From contig CM000151.3 of assembly GCA_000004695.1 (NCBI GenBank), forward strand, positions 1,696,001-1,760,000: a stretch of DNA of 64,000 bases, in the 5' to 3' direction. The translations under genes and the position numbers were made by a program. A model generated the notes under the pieces. That model saw only the letters and a list, made by a program, of their open reading frames with translations, did no database searches and was not told where the DNA came from. Shown here piece by piece: positions 1 to 14,916 of the stretch. This stretch comes from Dictyostelium discoideum (lineage: Eukaryota). Each line of letters begins with the position of its first letter. Position 1 is the stretch's first letter.

Positions 1-444
1 CATCTATTAATGATTGGTACTTTCAATGTCTACAGTTTCTATTATGGTTCTCTTATTTTAATTCCATTCTTTTTAACAATTTTATTTTGGGTTTATTGTG
101 AATACACCTTTTATTCAGTTTCAAAGAATGGTTTATTAGATCATTATCAATCCTCAAAATCATCTAATCAAAAATCTCAATTAAATTCAATTAATAATAA
201 TAATAATAATAATAAGAGTAATTTAAATGAAAAAAGTAGTTTATTACAATCAAAAGAAAGGAATAATTATATTGATATCGAAGATAGTAATCATTTTAAT
301 GATACTTGTTATTCAATTGATGAATATGATGAAAATTTATATAAACCAGTTTATTATAGAAGTTTAATGGAACCAGAAGAATCAATCATAGATAGTCCAC
401 CAATTATTTCTCATTCAAAACCACCAGAAATTTTAAATCAATAA
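1..444 (+). CDS. 3' end of a gene that starts upstream of the window. It encodes a C-terminal hydrophobic segment (LILIPFFLTILFWV), then a poly-N tract and an acidic tail. Function unknown.
   Basis: Frame is open from base 1 with a stop at 442-444. Dicty-type low-complexity coding (AAT-run poly-N). No recognisable domain. Confidence 0.4.
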   Translation, partial: HLLMIGTFNVYSFYYGSLILIPFFLTILFWVYCEYTFYSVSKNGLLDHYQSSKSSNQKSQLNSINNNNNNNKSNLNEKSSLLQSKERNNYIDIEDSNHFNDTCYSIDEYDENLYKPVYYRSLMEPEESIIDSPPIISHSKPPEILNQ

Positions 445-1185
445 AAACAATTAAATAAAAATAAAAAAAAAAAAAAAAATAAAATAAAATAAAAAATAAA
501 AATAAAAGGGTAATGGGTTTCCACTCTAATTTATTTTAATTCTAAATTCTATTATTTTATTTTTATTTAATTTAATTAATTTATTTGTTTATTTATTTTT
601 TTTTTTTTTTTTTTTTTTTTTTTATTTTTATTAACATCAACAATCAAAAAAAAAAAAAAAAAAAAAAAAAAAGTTAAAAATATAACAAACCATCAAACAA
701 ATAAAAAAAAATAAAAAAAAAATAAAAAATTTTGAATTTCTTAAACTTTTCTTTATTTTTGTTTTATTTATGGTTCAATTGCGAATAATAGAATTTTTTT
801 TTTTTTTTTATTTTATTTAATTTTTTTTTTTTTTTTTTTTTTTTTTTATTATCATTATTACCACAAGTGATGACAAATAATTATCAAAATTGTTTTTATT
901 TTTTCATCATTTGATCATTTATGGGTGATTAAAATGGAAAAAGGTATAAAAACGTTGATTTGTTTTTTTGTATGAGGATTGGTAGCACACCAGTGGTGTC
1001 ATACTGGACTAAAAAAAAAAGTGAAAAAAAAAAAAATAAAATAAAAAAAAAATAAAAAAAAAATAAATTTTAAAAAAAAAAATAAAAAAAATAATTTTAA
1101 AATAAGAACCCAGAACAGATGTCGACAGTTAATGATTCTTCGCGATATTGTTAACAACAAAATAATTATTATGGTGTTTGAGAAT

Positions 1186-1218
<33 letters not shown>

Positions 1219-1420
1219 GTTTTATTTTTTTTTTATTTTTTTAATTTTTTAATTTTTTAATTTTTTTTTTTTTTTTTTTTTTTCAAAACAATTACCACAA
1301 CAGTGTAATAATAAAGATAAATAAATTACATTTATTAATAGATAAATATTTTTTATTTTAAAATTTTTAAAATAATTTCAAAAAACACACATTTTAAAAA
1401 TAGAACCAATTCCAAAGAAT

Positions 1421-1460
<40 letters not shown>

Positions 1461-1499
1461 CACACACCCCCACAAAATAATATAATGATATTTTCAAAA

Positions 1500-1566
1500 A
1501 TTTAATAAGTAATCCACAATACCCCCAATACCCGCAATACCCACAATATCCACATTTCCCACAATT
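1500..1566. repeat. Degenerate tandem 9-mer (CCACAATAC, about 6 copies) inside a 4-kb AT-rich intergenic desert. Includes [AT]CCCA[CT]AA (DUSE-like) matches.
   Basis: Read directly: taatccacaatacccccaatacccgcaatacccacaatatccacatttcccacaattcc. Confidence 0.6.
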
Positions 1567-1839
1567 CCGATATATAAAATAATATACCCATCCATATATA
1601 AAATAATAGATAGGATTTATGATAAAATTTAATAATAAAATAAATAGAAATATCCACATATCAATAGATTATAATTATTTCAAAAGCATCATTTAAAAAA
1701 AAAAAATAGGTTTGGAAAAAATTTTATTTTTTTTTCATTTTTTTTTTAAAATTAAATTTTCTTTTTTTGCAAAATCGTTCGCATTCGGGGGCAATTTAGT
1801 TTTTTTTGTTTTCACAACATTGTTTTAAATTTTAATTTA

Positions 1840-1871
<32 letters not shown>

Positions 1872-2137
1872 GTGCAACCATACTCCGAGTCGAAGCAGCG
1901 GTATTATTTTCAGACTTTCTAAAAAAAAAAAAATTAAAAAAAAAAAAAAAAAATTAAAATTTTCTAAACAAAACCGTTAATCCAAAGCCTCTTTTTTTTC
2001 ATTTTTTTTTTTTTTATTTTTAATTTTTATTTTTCAAAACACTTCACATACCAATTAAAAAAATAAAAAAAAAAAAATAAAAATAAAAATAGTTCACAGT
2101 GTTTAAACAATTAACAACGAAAAAAAAAATATCACCC

Positions 2138-2169
<32 letters not shown>

Positions 2170-2916
2170 CATTGTAACAATACTCAATATACCATTAAAA
2201 AAAAATGTAAAATATTTAATATAAACTTTTTATAGTATATTTTAATAGTTGTGTGTTGCCATGTGTTGTAATAGTTGTGTTACTATTGCTAATGTAGAAG
2301 TAATGGTATTTTTTTTTAAGATAAATTTTTATTTAAAATAAAATAAAAAATAAAATAAATAGAAAAAAAATAAAATAATAATACAGGGGTGTGGGTCTAT
2401 TTTTTTAATTTATTTATTATTATTATTTTTTTTTTTTCTAATTTAATAAGTGGGGGTCACTTATGAAAATATTATGTGGTGGTTTGTCTATATTAATATT
2501 TTTTTAGACAATTAGATCAACATAATATCATCATGATATAACCATCTTTTTTTTTTTTAAAACAATTTTTTTAATTTTTTAAATTTTTTTTTTTTTTTTC
2601 TCCTCCAAACAATAACAAAAACAAGAAAAAAGACACTAGATTAATCGTCTTTAAATTAATATTTATTATTATTTTATTTAATTTTTTTTATTTTTTAAAT
2701 TTTTTATTTTTTTTATTTTATTTTTATTATTTTAAAATATTGTATAATTAATTTATTATTGTAATTGTAATTTTCTGCTTTTTATTTATTTTTTATTTTA
2801 TTTTTATTTATTACATAGCACTTTATTTATTATAGCAAACTCAGAAAAATAGTTATATAGTATTTTTTTTTTTTTTTCTTCTCAAACTGTTATGTTTTCA
2901 TTGTATGTCTTGTCTT

Positions 2917-3079
2917 TTTTATTTTATTTTATTTTATTTTTTATTTTATTTTATTTTATTATTTGCAACACAATATAGATTTTAAAAATTAAAATAAAAT
3001 AAAATAAAATAAAATAAAATAAAATAAAATAAAATAAAATAAAAATTAAAAATTAAAAATTAAAAATTAAAAATTAAAA

Positions 3080-3080
<1 letters not shown>
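2917..3080. repeat. Inverted simple-sequence repeat: an (ATTTT)n arm, a 27-nt spacer, an (AAAAT)n arm, then (AAAATT)6. Could form a long imperfect hairpin or cruciform.
   Basis: The two arms, 2917-2963 and 2991-3045, are reverse complements. This is a direct reading. Confidence 0.7.
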
Positions 3081-3118
<38 letters not shown>

Positions 3119-4446
3119 CAATTTTTTAAAAAATCGACCTTTGCTTTTTTCCAATTAAGGGAAAAAAGAAAAAAAAAAATTAAGAAAAAAAATTAAATTA
3201 AAATTTCCAACCATTCATTCTTTTTTTCTTTTTTTTTAAAAAATACTTTTTTTTTATCCCTCACTTATAAAAACTAAACTCTAATTTTTTTTTTTAAAAA
3301 AAAAAAAGGTTATTTGTTACGTTTCAAAAATTATTATAATTTTTTTTTTTTTTTTAAACAATTCTATGGAACATATTAGGAAATTTTTTTTTTTTTTTAA
3401 ACATTTTTTTCTCCATATCATATTGCTTTTTTTACCACACCACCTTATTTTCATAGTTTTTTTTTTTTTATTTTTATAAAAAATAAATAAAATTGTTTTT
3501 TTTTTTTTTTTTATTTTTAAAATTTTTATTTTTTATTTTTTTAATTCATACGAATTCGTCAAATGATTTTTCCAAATTTGTAATTAAATTAGATTAATAA
3601 TAAATAAAATACTTTTTTTAGTTAAAGTTTTTTTGTTATTATTGATAATACACATTTCTCACATTATCCATACCACATACTACGAAAAACCTACACCATA
3701 AACAAATAATAAAGAAAGAGATAATAACAATAATAGTAGTAATAATAAAAACATAATAAAAAAAGAAAATAAAAAAAAAAAACATTAAATTATATAATAA
3801 TAAAAAACAACTAAACAACCACCACACTTTTTTTTTTTTTTCCAAAAAAAAAAAAAAAAAACTCACTCTTTATTTAAATAAGCAAATGTATTTAATTAAA
3901 GTGCATCTGTTTTATTTATTTCGACTAAAGTAATAAAATTTTTCAAAAAAAAAAAAAATTAAAAATAAAAAACCCATGATACTTTTACCAAAATATAATA
4001 TAGTTTCTATTTTTTTATTATTATACATAAAAAGTATAAGTTTCATTTATTTTTATTTTTAAATCTTGTTTTATTTTTAAAACCCCATTTTTTCCAAATA
4101 AAAAAAAAAAAAAAAAGATATCCTTTTTTGTTTATTTATATCTTATCTTTATCTTTATATTTATTTTTTTTTATTTTTTATTTTTTAATGAATAAAAAAA
4201 AAGAATTTAAATTACTAATTTTTTTTATTTTTAAAAATATTTTTATAATTATTAGAGTACAGAGTAGTAGTAATAAAAGAGGTAGTTTAGTTTAGTTTTA
4301 AAAAATTATTATTATAAAACAAAATTTTTTTTTTTCATACAGTTTAATATAAATACATACAAAAAAAAAAAAAAAAAAATACAAACCCATAAATAAAAAA
4401 AGAAAACAAACAATATTATATATATCAAATAAATTTACATTTAAAT

Positions 4447-4899
4447 ATGTCAGAAGTAGTATCACCTTCAATTGAAACAACTATAGTTAGTAGTACTACA
4501 ACTACTAATAGTACAACAACACCCACAACTTCAACCACCACCACAAGTACAGCATCACCATCCACATCAAGATTTAGTTTTAAAAATATTTTTGGTAAAC
4601 ATAGTAAAAAAGAAAGTGGTAGTGATTCTTCTCAATCTTCATTGAATTTAAAAGATAAAGAATCAAAAGAATCAAAAGAAAGTAAAAGAAAGTCAAAATC
4701 ATATAAAAGATCACAAAGTTTAGAGAATTTCTCAAAGACACCATCAACCAGCGAAAATAATATTCAATCACCAGATAATGCTGCGGCAAATACACAACCA
4801 CAAACCACTACTATCGATACTGTACCAATTACAATGATTGCACCAACTGGCTCATTACCAAATATGCCAGAAGTTTTATCAAATGGTATTTCATTAGAG

Positions 4900-4939
<40 letters not shown>

Positions 4940-6624
4940 GTAATAGTAATAATAATGAAGGATCATCATCTTCAACAACAGCAGCAACAACGCCATTAAC
5001 TGAATCAGTATCATCAGCATCATCATCATCATCAACATCAACAATTACAACAACACCAAGTGAAGTTACACCACAACATTCAACATCATCATTAATGAAA
5101 CAATCACCACAAGGTGCAGATTCAGTTACAACAAATAATAATAGACGTAGTTGGTCCGAACAATTAGATAGCGATAAAGAGAACTTTGTAAACGATTTAA
5201 ATGAACAATCAGTACTTTCACATCCATCATTTTGTGAGCCATCACGTGTAAAGAGAATTAAAGTTGCCAATGTTACAATTATATTCAACCCAATGAGTGG
5301 TAGTAAAATCGGTGAAAAGATTATGGTCGAAGCTAAAAAGTATTTCGAAGTACATGGTATTAAAGTACACGTAATTCCAACTGAATATAAAGGTCATGCC
5401 GAAGTTTTATGTCGTACATTAGATATCGAAGGTATTGATGTAGTTTGTTTAGTCGGTGGTGATGGTACCATCCATGAGGCTGTAAACGGTATCATGAAGA
5501 GAGACCCAGAGTCAAGAGAACGTTTTGTTATGGCTTGTTTACCAGCTGGTACTGGTAACTCTTTTGTATTGGAACTCCAAGGCAAACTCTCAATTAAACA
5601 TGTTTGTGAACGTGTTGTCAATGGTTTAACCGTACCAATTGATATTGCCAAGGTTACAATCGTTGGAAAGAGTAAAATTAGTGCTGAATGCTCAAGAAGA
5701 AAGTTGGAATATAATACATTGAAAAAGAAATTTGCTCATGTAAATTTAGATGCTTCAACCCTCTCAAGCAGTCAAGAAGCTGGTAGACGTTCAATTCAAG
5801 CTTACAGACAAATTCGTCCAGATGCTTTAATGGAGTATGGTAGTACATTGGGTAATCAATTCAATGGTAGTAATGGTATCGATAGAGCCCCATCTTCAAG
5901 CGATTTAGGTAATGATATAATAGACAGTGAACAACAAGCACACAATTTCGACGACAATACACCAGAACCAATCTATTGTTTTAATTCACTTCATTGGGGA
6001 TTAGGATCAAAGGTTAATATCACCGCAGAGAAAATGAGATGGATGGGTAAAGCCGTTCGTTATACCACCGCCGCCCTCTTGGAATTATGTAGAGGTGAAA
6101 GAATTTTAGCACGTATCGAATATGAAGATGCCAATGGTGAAGTCACAGCTTTGGAAGACGAATTTTGTTTAGCAATTGTAAATAATATTCAAGGCGCTGC
6201 CAAAGGTATGAAAATGGCACCAAAAGCAAAATTAAATGATGGTCTCATCGATTTAATCCTCGTTAAATCTCATAAAACTTTTGATTTAATGAATATTTTC
6301 ACCAAAGTTTACGATGGTACTCATACAGAACTCGACTATGTCATCTATAAACAAGTTAAACGTTTCTCCATCACCCCTTTCAAAAAAGATAAAGAAAGAA
6401 AGAAACGTTTAAGAAAGGAAAAGAAGAGAATTAAGGCTGCCATCAAGGCTGGTCGTGAACATGCCAAGAATCCATTAGAAATTTTAAAAACTGAATGTAA
6501 CACAATCCTCTCCGAGTTGGAAGATCAAATCGACGAAGAAATCATTGATATCGATGGTGAATTAAAGGGTCAAACTCCATTTGTTTGTGAAATGATACCA
6601 AGATCAGTTAGAGTTGTAGTATAA
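4447..6624 (+). CDS. Sphingosine kinase (DAGK_cat-fold lipid kinase), 725 aa, single exon.
   Basis: Catalytic core VIFNPMSGSK...GIDVVCLVGGDGTIHEAVNGI...LPAGTGNSF and a C-terminal ...DGELKGQTPFVCEMIPRSV block align to SPHK1/2 motifs (C1-C5 including the GGDG loop). Long S/T/N-rich N-terminal extension. Start is ATG at 4447. Confidence 0.85.
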
Positions 6625-7008
6625 AATATTCTAAAATCATTTTTTTTAATATATATATATAATAATACTTTTTTTTTTTTTTTTTTTTTTATAATTCTTT
6701 TTTTTATTTTAATCAAATAAAAAAAAGAAGTTAATAAAAAAATAAAAAAAATAAAAACCAAATAATAATAACAAAAACAAAAAAAAAAAACAAAAAAAAA
6801 AAAAAAATATTAATAATAATACCAACAACAACAACAACAATTATCAAACTTGTAAATAAAATTTTAATTAAAAAAACACAAAAAACAAATAATTAAAAAA
6901 TTAAAATTTAAATAAAGATATTAAAAAAAAAAGTTTGTCTTTTTTTTTTTTTAAACATTTTAAAAAAATAAATAAATATTATTTCTATTCTAAAAACTTT
7001 AAAGTTTT

Positions 7009-7012
<4 letters not shown>

Positions 7013-7069
<57 letters not shown>

Positions 7070-7072
7070 TTT
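7013..7072. repeat. (TTTA)n microsatellite, about 15 units, immediately 3' of the QPRTase gene.
   Basis: Direct reading. Confidence 0.9.
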
Positions 7073-7082
7073 TTTAAAATTG

Positions 7083-8045
7083 TTATTGTTTTTGAATTTT
7101 TAAACTTATATCAATATGTGGTACACCTTGAGTTAAATTACCCATTGAAATGATGTCAATAGTTGGTATAGCATATTGAATGATGGTAGCAGAGGTGATA
7201 CCACCAGATGCTTCGAGTGTAATATGTGGATAATGTTGTTTTAAATAAGTTGATACTGTTTGTAAATCTTGTGGATTGAAATTATCTAACATTACAATAT
7301 CAGCACCAGCTTCGATTGCTTCGATAGCTTCATTTTGATTTCTACATTCCACTTCAATCTTTAGAGAGAAACCACCAACTGATCTGGCATTCTTTACAGT
7401 GTTTGTAATATTACCACATGCCCAAATATGATTATCTTTTAACATTATCATACTTGATAAATCCATTCTATGGGTATCCAAACCTGCTGTTAACAAGGCC
7501 AATTTCTCGACTAATCTGAAACCTGGTGTGGTCTTTCTAGTACCTGCTATTTTACCTTTCCATGGTTGTTGTTGTTGTTGCTCATTATCACCATCTACTA
7601 ATTTCTTTACATTATAACCTTGGGTTGTTATACCACATGATCTTGATAGAATATTTAATGATAATCTTTCACCAATTAATATATTTCTAACTGGACCAAT
7701 TACATGAGCTAAAACTTGTGGTTTATTCTTCTCTGGTCCGTGTGTCATTGAGAATGATTCACCATCTTTAATGAACCAAATAACTTTACATCCTAATTGA
7801 TTAAATATCTCTTGAAAAAATATTGATCCACTAAACACACCATTTTGTTTACCCAATAAATGTGCTACCTTTTCGTCACTACCAACAACACAACCACCAT
7901 AATCAAATGATGGGATATCCTCTTCTAACCATTCTTTAATTATCTTTTCAATTTTAAATTTTGGTAATAATTGTGATATTTCCATTTTTTTATTATTATT
8001 ATTATTTATATTATTGTTATTGTCTGTGTTATATTTTATTTGCAA
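7083..8045 (-). CDS. Quinolinate phosphoribosyltransferase (nicotinate-nucleotide pyrophosphorylase, carboxylating), for de novo NAD synthesis.
   Basis: The whole length aligns to QPRT/NadC (GTRKTTPGFR..EKLALLTAG..HRMDLS..MLKDNH, C-terminal ASGGIT). There are two in-frame ATGs. The one at 8045 adds a poly-N leader. The one at 7985 (MEISQLLPKF...) matches the usual QPRT N-terminus and is the likelier start. Confidence 0.9.
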   Translation of the reverse strand: MQIKYNTDNNNNINNNNNKKMEISQLLPKFKIEKIIKEWLEEDIPSFDYGGCVVGSDEKVAHLLGKQNGVFSGSIFFQEIFNQLGCKVIWFIKDGESFSMTHGPEKNKPQVLAHVIGPVRNILIGERLSLNILSRSCGITTQGYNVKKLVDGDNEQQQQQPWKGKIAGTRKTTPGFRLVEKLALLTAGLDTHRMDLSSMIMLKDNHIWACGNITNTVKNARSVGGFSLKIEVECRNQNEAIEAIEAGADIVMLDNFNPQDLQTVSTYLKQHYPHITLEASGGITSATIIQYAIPTIDIISMGNLTQGVPHIDISLKIQKQ

Positions 8046-9339
8046 TTTTTTTTTTTTTAATTTGTAGGATATTTTTTTTTTTTTTTTAATTTTTAAAAAT
8101 TAAAAAAATAAAAAAAAAATAAAAAAAAAATAAATTTAATTAAGCCTTTTCAAAAAATATCACGAATTAAGAAAAAAAAAAAAAAAAAAAAAATAATTTT
8201 AAAAAAATATTTTAATATTATAATATTAATAATTGATCTTCTTTTAAAATTATGATTACTTATTATTCATTATTTTAAATTTTTAATCAATCAAAAAATT
8301 TATTAAAAATATTATTTCCTTAAATATAAAAAAAAAAAAAAAAATTTCAAATAAAAGTTATTTTAAATTTACATATAAAAATAAAAAAATATATCTTTAA
8401 AATTGGAAAAAAAAAAACTCAAAATTATTAAATAAAGATTATTTTATTTTATTTTTATCCAATTCAAATTTAATTTTTACTTTAAAATATATTGGACTTA
8501 AATAATAAAATAAAAACAAAATGGGATCTATATTGGGCTTAATTCCTACTTTATTATAAATTTTTTATTCTTTTATTATTTTTTTTTTTTTTTTATGATA
8601 AAATAAACATTTTTATAGATTATTATAGATTAATATAGAAACCAATATTATAATAAAGATACTAAAAATAATTTTATAATTTTTTTTTTTTTTAAAAATG
8701 TTTATATGTGATGGGGTAGATTATTTTTATATTTATATTTTTTTATATATATATATTTTTTTTTTTGTAATTTTATACTAATTAGGAATTTTCCTCTTAC
8801 CATATTAGTAAGTATATTACGAGTAAACCATCTGTTATAAATATATTCTTATGTTGGCCTCATATTAAATTTATTTTAATTTATAATTTTACACTGATAT
8901 TATATCTTTTTTTTAAAAATAAATTCCAATTTTTTTTTTTTTTTTTTTTTTTTTATATTTAAGGAAATAATATTTGTAATAAATTTTTTTTTTATCAATT
9001 TTAACAAAAAAAAATAATTATACTACATTGTTTAACCATTTATACAACCTTATATTTTTATAATCCCTTTTAATTTTTTTTGTTTTTTTTTTTTTTTTTT
9101 TAAAACCACACCAAAACCTACAAAAAAAGACATTTCATAATCAAAAATATGTAAGTATTTTAAAGAAAAAACCACTAGGTCGAAATGTTTAAAACTTGGT
9201 TATATTACAAACACTTGGTTAGTAAACCATACACAAAATGTGATCCGATTTTTTAACATTTTTTAATTTTTTCAAAGATAAAAAAAAAAAACAAAAAAAA
9301 AAATATTTATATTATTTCAATTGGATATTAGATAAAAAA

Positions 9340-9846
9340 ATGAAATTTAATATTATTTTATTATTAGTAACAATTATATTTTTTATTTTAAATGTAAATT
9401 TAATTTTTGGAGATGTAAGTAATACTTGGTTTATAATTATCTTTTTTTAATTAATATTGAAAAACAATTGTTTTAACTTGTTTTTTTTTTTTTTTTTCCA
9501 AAAAAATTTATTTTTTAAAAAATAGCCATTAATTTTAACAAGAAATGGTGGAATTTCAAATGAATTTAGAAGTTTGGAAATTGATACATTGACTGGATTC
9601 TATTTTAATCAAGCAAACCATAAGGGAAAAATTTCAAATGAAGAGTTGAAAATTATTCAAAATATCCTTGATAATGATGCTTTCAAACAATTAAAACCAA
9701 AATATTTAAACCCTTTGGATGTTACTTCTTATAGATATACTATATCTTTGCCATCAAAAAAGTCTGGTTCTTCTGTTGATGTTACTGCTGATTATCCTAA
9801 GTTTTTAGATTCAATATTTTCAATTTTTGAATTTTATTCATCATAA
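9340..9846 (+). CDS. Small secreted protein, about 131 aa, two exons: join(9340..9414, 9526..9846). Exon 1 encodes a signal peptide (MKFNIILLLVTIIFFILNVNLIFGD).
   Basis: Donor GTAAGT at 9415. The 111-nt AT-rich intron ends ...aaaatag at 9525. The phase-0 join keeps the frame into ORF 9574..9846. No homolog recognised. Confidence 0.5.
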
Positions 9847-10358
9847 TCCAATTTTTTTAAAAAAAAAAAAAGAAATTATAATATATAATTGTGTATTTTT
9901 ATTATTTATAATAAAAAATAAATCTAATTTTAGAAAAAAAAATAATTAAAACTATTTGATATTATATTATTATTTATTTTAAAAAATAAACCAATTTTTA
10001 TTTTTTTTTTTTATTTTTAACTTAAAAGTTTTAAATATTTTTTTTAAAAAAAAAAAAAAGAAAATACTTTTTTTATTTTACATTACAAAAATTTAATTGT
10101 AATTATTTCGAATTTTTAAAAGGTGGATCACGTGTAATAAAATAGTCAATCCAATTTTTTTTTTTTAAATTTAAAGAGTATAAAGAAAAATATTAGATAT
10201 TTTTTTTTTTTTTAAAAAATATATTTTATAAAATTAATGTATTATTATAGATAATATTTTTATTTGATGGTATACTTTTAAAATAATTTCCAATTGTTTT
10301 ATTAATAATCTATAAACTTTTATTATTACAAGAAAATTTTATTTTTAAATTAAAGATT

Positions 10359-11225
10359 TTATTTATCTTTGTCAATATCAGATGAGATAGAAAGTTGAGC
10401 CCATTTTTCATTCTCATTTAAAAATTGTTCTAAATGTTTTTTACTTTGAGATAATGAATCAGAACCCATGAATAAATTATCAGGTACTTCATTAAGATTT
10501 GTTAATTTAATTAAAATATCAGCAGCTTTTTCAGGGTCGCCATTTGTTAATGGTGAATATTTGTTAAAGACTTCAATTAATTGATTTGTTTTATAATCGT
10601 CGATTAAGGATTTTGGAATTTGGAAATTAGTAGTTTCACTAACTACGAAACCTGTTCTAAAGCCACCTGGACTTGCTAAAATTACTTTTACATTGAATTC
10701 CTTCAATTCTTTTTGTGCAGAGAATGTAATTGCATTTACTGCATGTTTGGTCGAACAATATGCATAGTAGTTTGCCATTGTTGTCCAGCCGAGAATAGAG
10801 GAGACGTTTATGATAATACCTGATCTTTGCTTTCTAAGATGTGGGGTTGTATGTCTTAGGATATTAATTACACCAAATACATTCACGTCATAGATTGCTC
10901 TAACCTCTTTATCCGATACTTCTTCCAAGGCACCAATTAAACCATAACCGGCATTATTCACTACAACATCAATTTTACCAAATCTTTCAATGGTCTTATC
11001 AACTGCATTCTTTACTGATTCGTCATTTGTAATATCAGTTTTAACAATTAATAAATTTTCAACATGGTTACTAATTTGTAAAACTTGTTGTTTTAATTCT
11101 TCTGGCTTACGAGTTAAAGCCGATACTTTATAACCATTAATTAATAATTTCTTAACTAATGATAAACCAATACCACTTGAAGTTCCAGTTACAAACCAAA
11201 CATTACTATTATCAATTGCCTCCAT
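10359..11225 (-). CDS. Short-chain dehydrogenase/reductase (classical SDR), 288 aa.
   Basis: TGTSSGIGLSL (TGxxxGxG cofactor motif), NNAG, catalytic S...YCSTKHAV (YxxxK) and a PG motif. Confidence 0.85.
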   Translation of the reverse strand: MEAIDNSNVWFVTGTSSGIGLSLVKKLLINGYKVSALTRKPEELKQQVLQISNHVENLLIVKTDITNDESVKNAVDKTIERFGKIDVVVNNAGYGLIGALEEVSDKEVRAIYDVNVFGVINILRHTTPHLRKQRSGIIINVSSILGWTTMANYYAYCSTKHAVNAITFSAQKELKEFNVKVILASPGGFRTGFVVSETTNFQIPKSLIDDYKTNQLIEVFNKYSPLTNGDPEKAADILIKLTNLNEVPDNLFMGSDSLSQSKKHLEQFLNENEKWAQLSISSDIDKDK

Positions 11226-11788
11226 TTTTTTTATTTAATTGTTTTTATATTTTAATATTTTTATTTTTATTTTTATTATTGTTTTTGTTCTTTTTATAAT
11301 TTTTTTTTTTTAGTCATTTTTTTTTTTTTTTTTTCTAATAATCCCAACAAATTATTCTGTCATTTTCAGTTTTATTTAATCGTTCAATTAATGGCGAAAT
11401 ATGATGATAAAAATAGAAAAAAATAAGTTATATTTTTTTTTTATTTTTTTTTAAAAACGAATTTTTTGGTGTAAATGAAAATGACAAAATAATTTTTTTT
11501 TAAAAAAAGAACAAAAAAAAATTTTATTTTTTATTTTTTTTTTCCTCTTTTTTTTGCACCACTTTCACAAAATAAAATAAAAAAATAAAGAAATCTAGGT
11601 TCAGATCTTGGGCTATAATAAATATTTATTTAGGTTTTTTTTTTTTTTTTTTTTTTATATTTTATAAGATTAAAAATTTAATAATTATACATAATAAAAC
11701 CAAATTTTTTAAATCATTTATTTTTTATTATTTAATGATTAGATTACTACATATCTTTTTTTTTTTTTTTTTTTTTTTTGAATTAATA

Positions 11789-14325
<2,537 letters not shown>

Positions 14326-14507
14326 TCTATTTTAATTTTTTTTTTTTTTTAAAAGTACACACAAAATTTGCAATTATTTATTGGGTAAAAAAAATATGGA
14401 TTAAATAACAATAAAAGATTGATATTAAGAAAAAAGAAGAAAGAAAAAAAAAAAATAATAACAAAAAAAAAAAAAAAAAAACCTATTGGAATTAATTTTA
14501 CTGTTAG

Positions 14508-14539
<32 letters not shown>

Positions 14540-14754
14540 ATTCAAATTCTAAATTGTGAATTAAATTACCCCGATGGAATACAATACCGAAAAAAAAAAA
14601 AGGGGGAGCGGGACTAATTTAAGAATTTCATTAATTTTTTTCTTTTTTTAAACACACCACATTTATCTATATAAAAAAAAAAATAAAAAAAAAATTAGAC
14701 ACAAAAAAAAAAATAATTATTGTTGTGGTAAATAATTTACCAGTTGTGTTTTAA

Positions 14755-14805
14755 AAAAGAAAAAAAATCTTATCATGCGATAAGATTTTTTTTTTTTTTT
14801 TTAAA
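14755..14805. repeat. Hairpin-forming inverted repeat: A8-TCTTATC / ATGC loop / GATAAGA-T(n). It carries two inverted GATA motifs.
   Basis: Read directly at 14755-14800: aaaaaaaatcttatcatgcgataagattttttttt. It lies 3' of the pole3-like gene and 5' of the PTR2 gene. Confidence 0.6.
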
Positions 14806-14916
14806 TATAAATAAATGTTTGTTTTATTTTTTCGCTTGGTTTTTTTATTTTATTCTTTTTTTTAGCTTCTTTTTTTTATTTTATTTTATTTTTTTTGTAT
14901 AAAATAAAAATTGTTA

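Noticed and set aside
961-1010. Box C/D snoRNA-like element (TGAGGA ... CTGGA) in a GC-richer island.
   Set aside because: Box C is non-canonical (UGAGGA, not UGAUGA), the element is only about 40 nt, and there is no terminal stem.
1131-1165. Cluster of three 6-bp palindromes (GTCGAC, TCGCGA, GTTAAC) within 35 bp, resembling a cloning polylinker, in the middle of an AT desert.
   Set aside because: No flanking vector-like sequence, and too short to distinguish from chance. Noted only as an oddity.
1378-1659. 93-aa ORF on the minus strand with a CGYCGYCGYWGYCG repeat.
   Set aside because: It is the antisense reading of the CCACAATAC 9-mer repeat and poly-A tracts in an intergenic desert. It has no coding signature.
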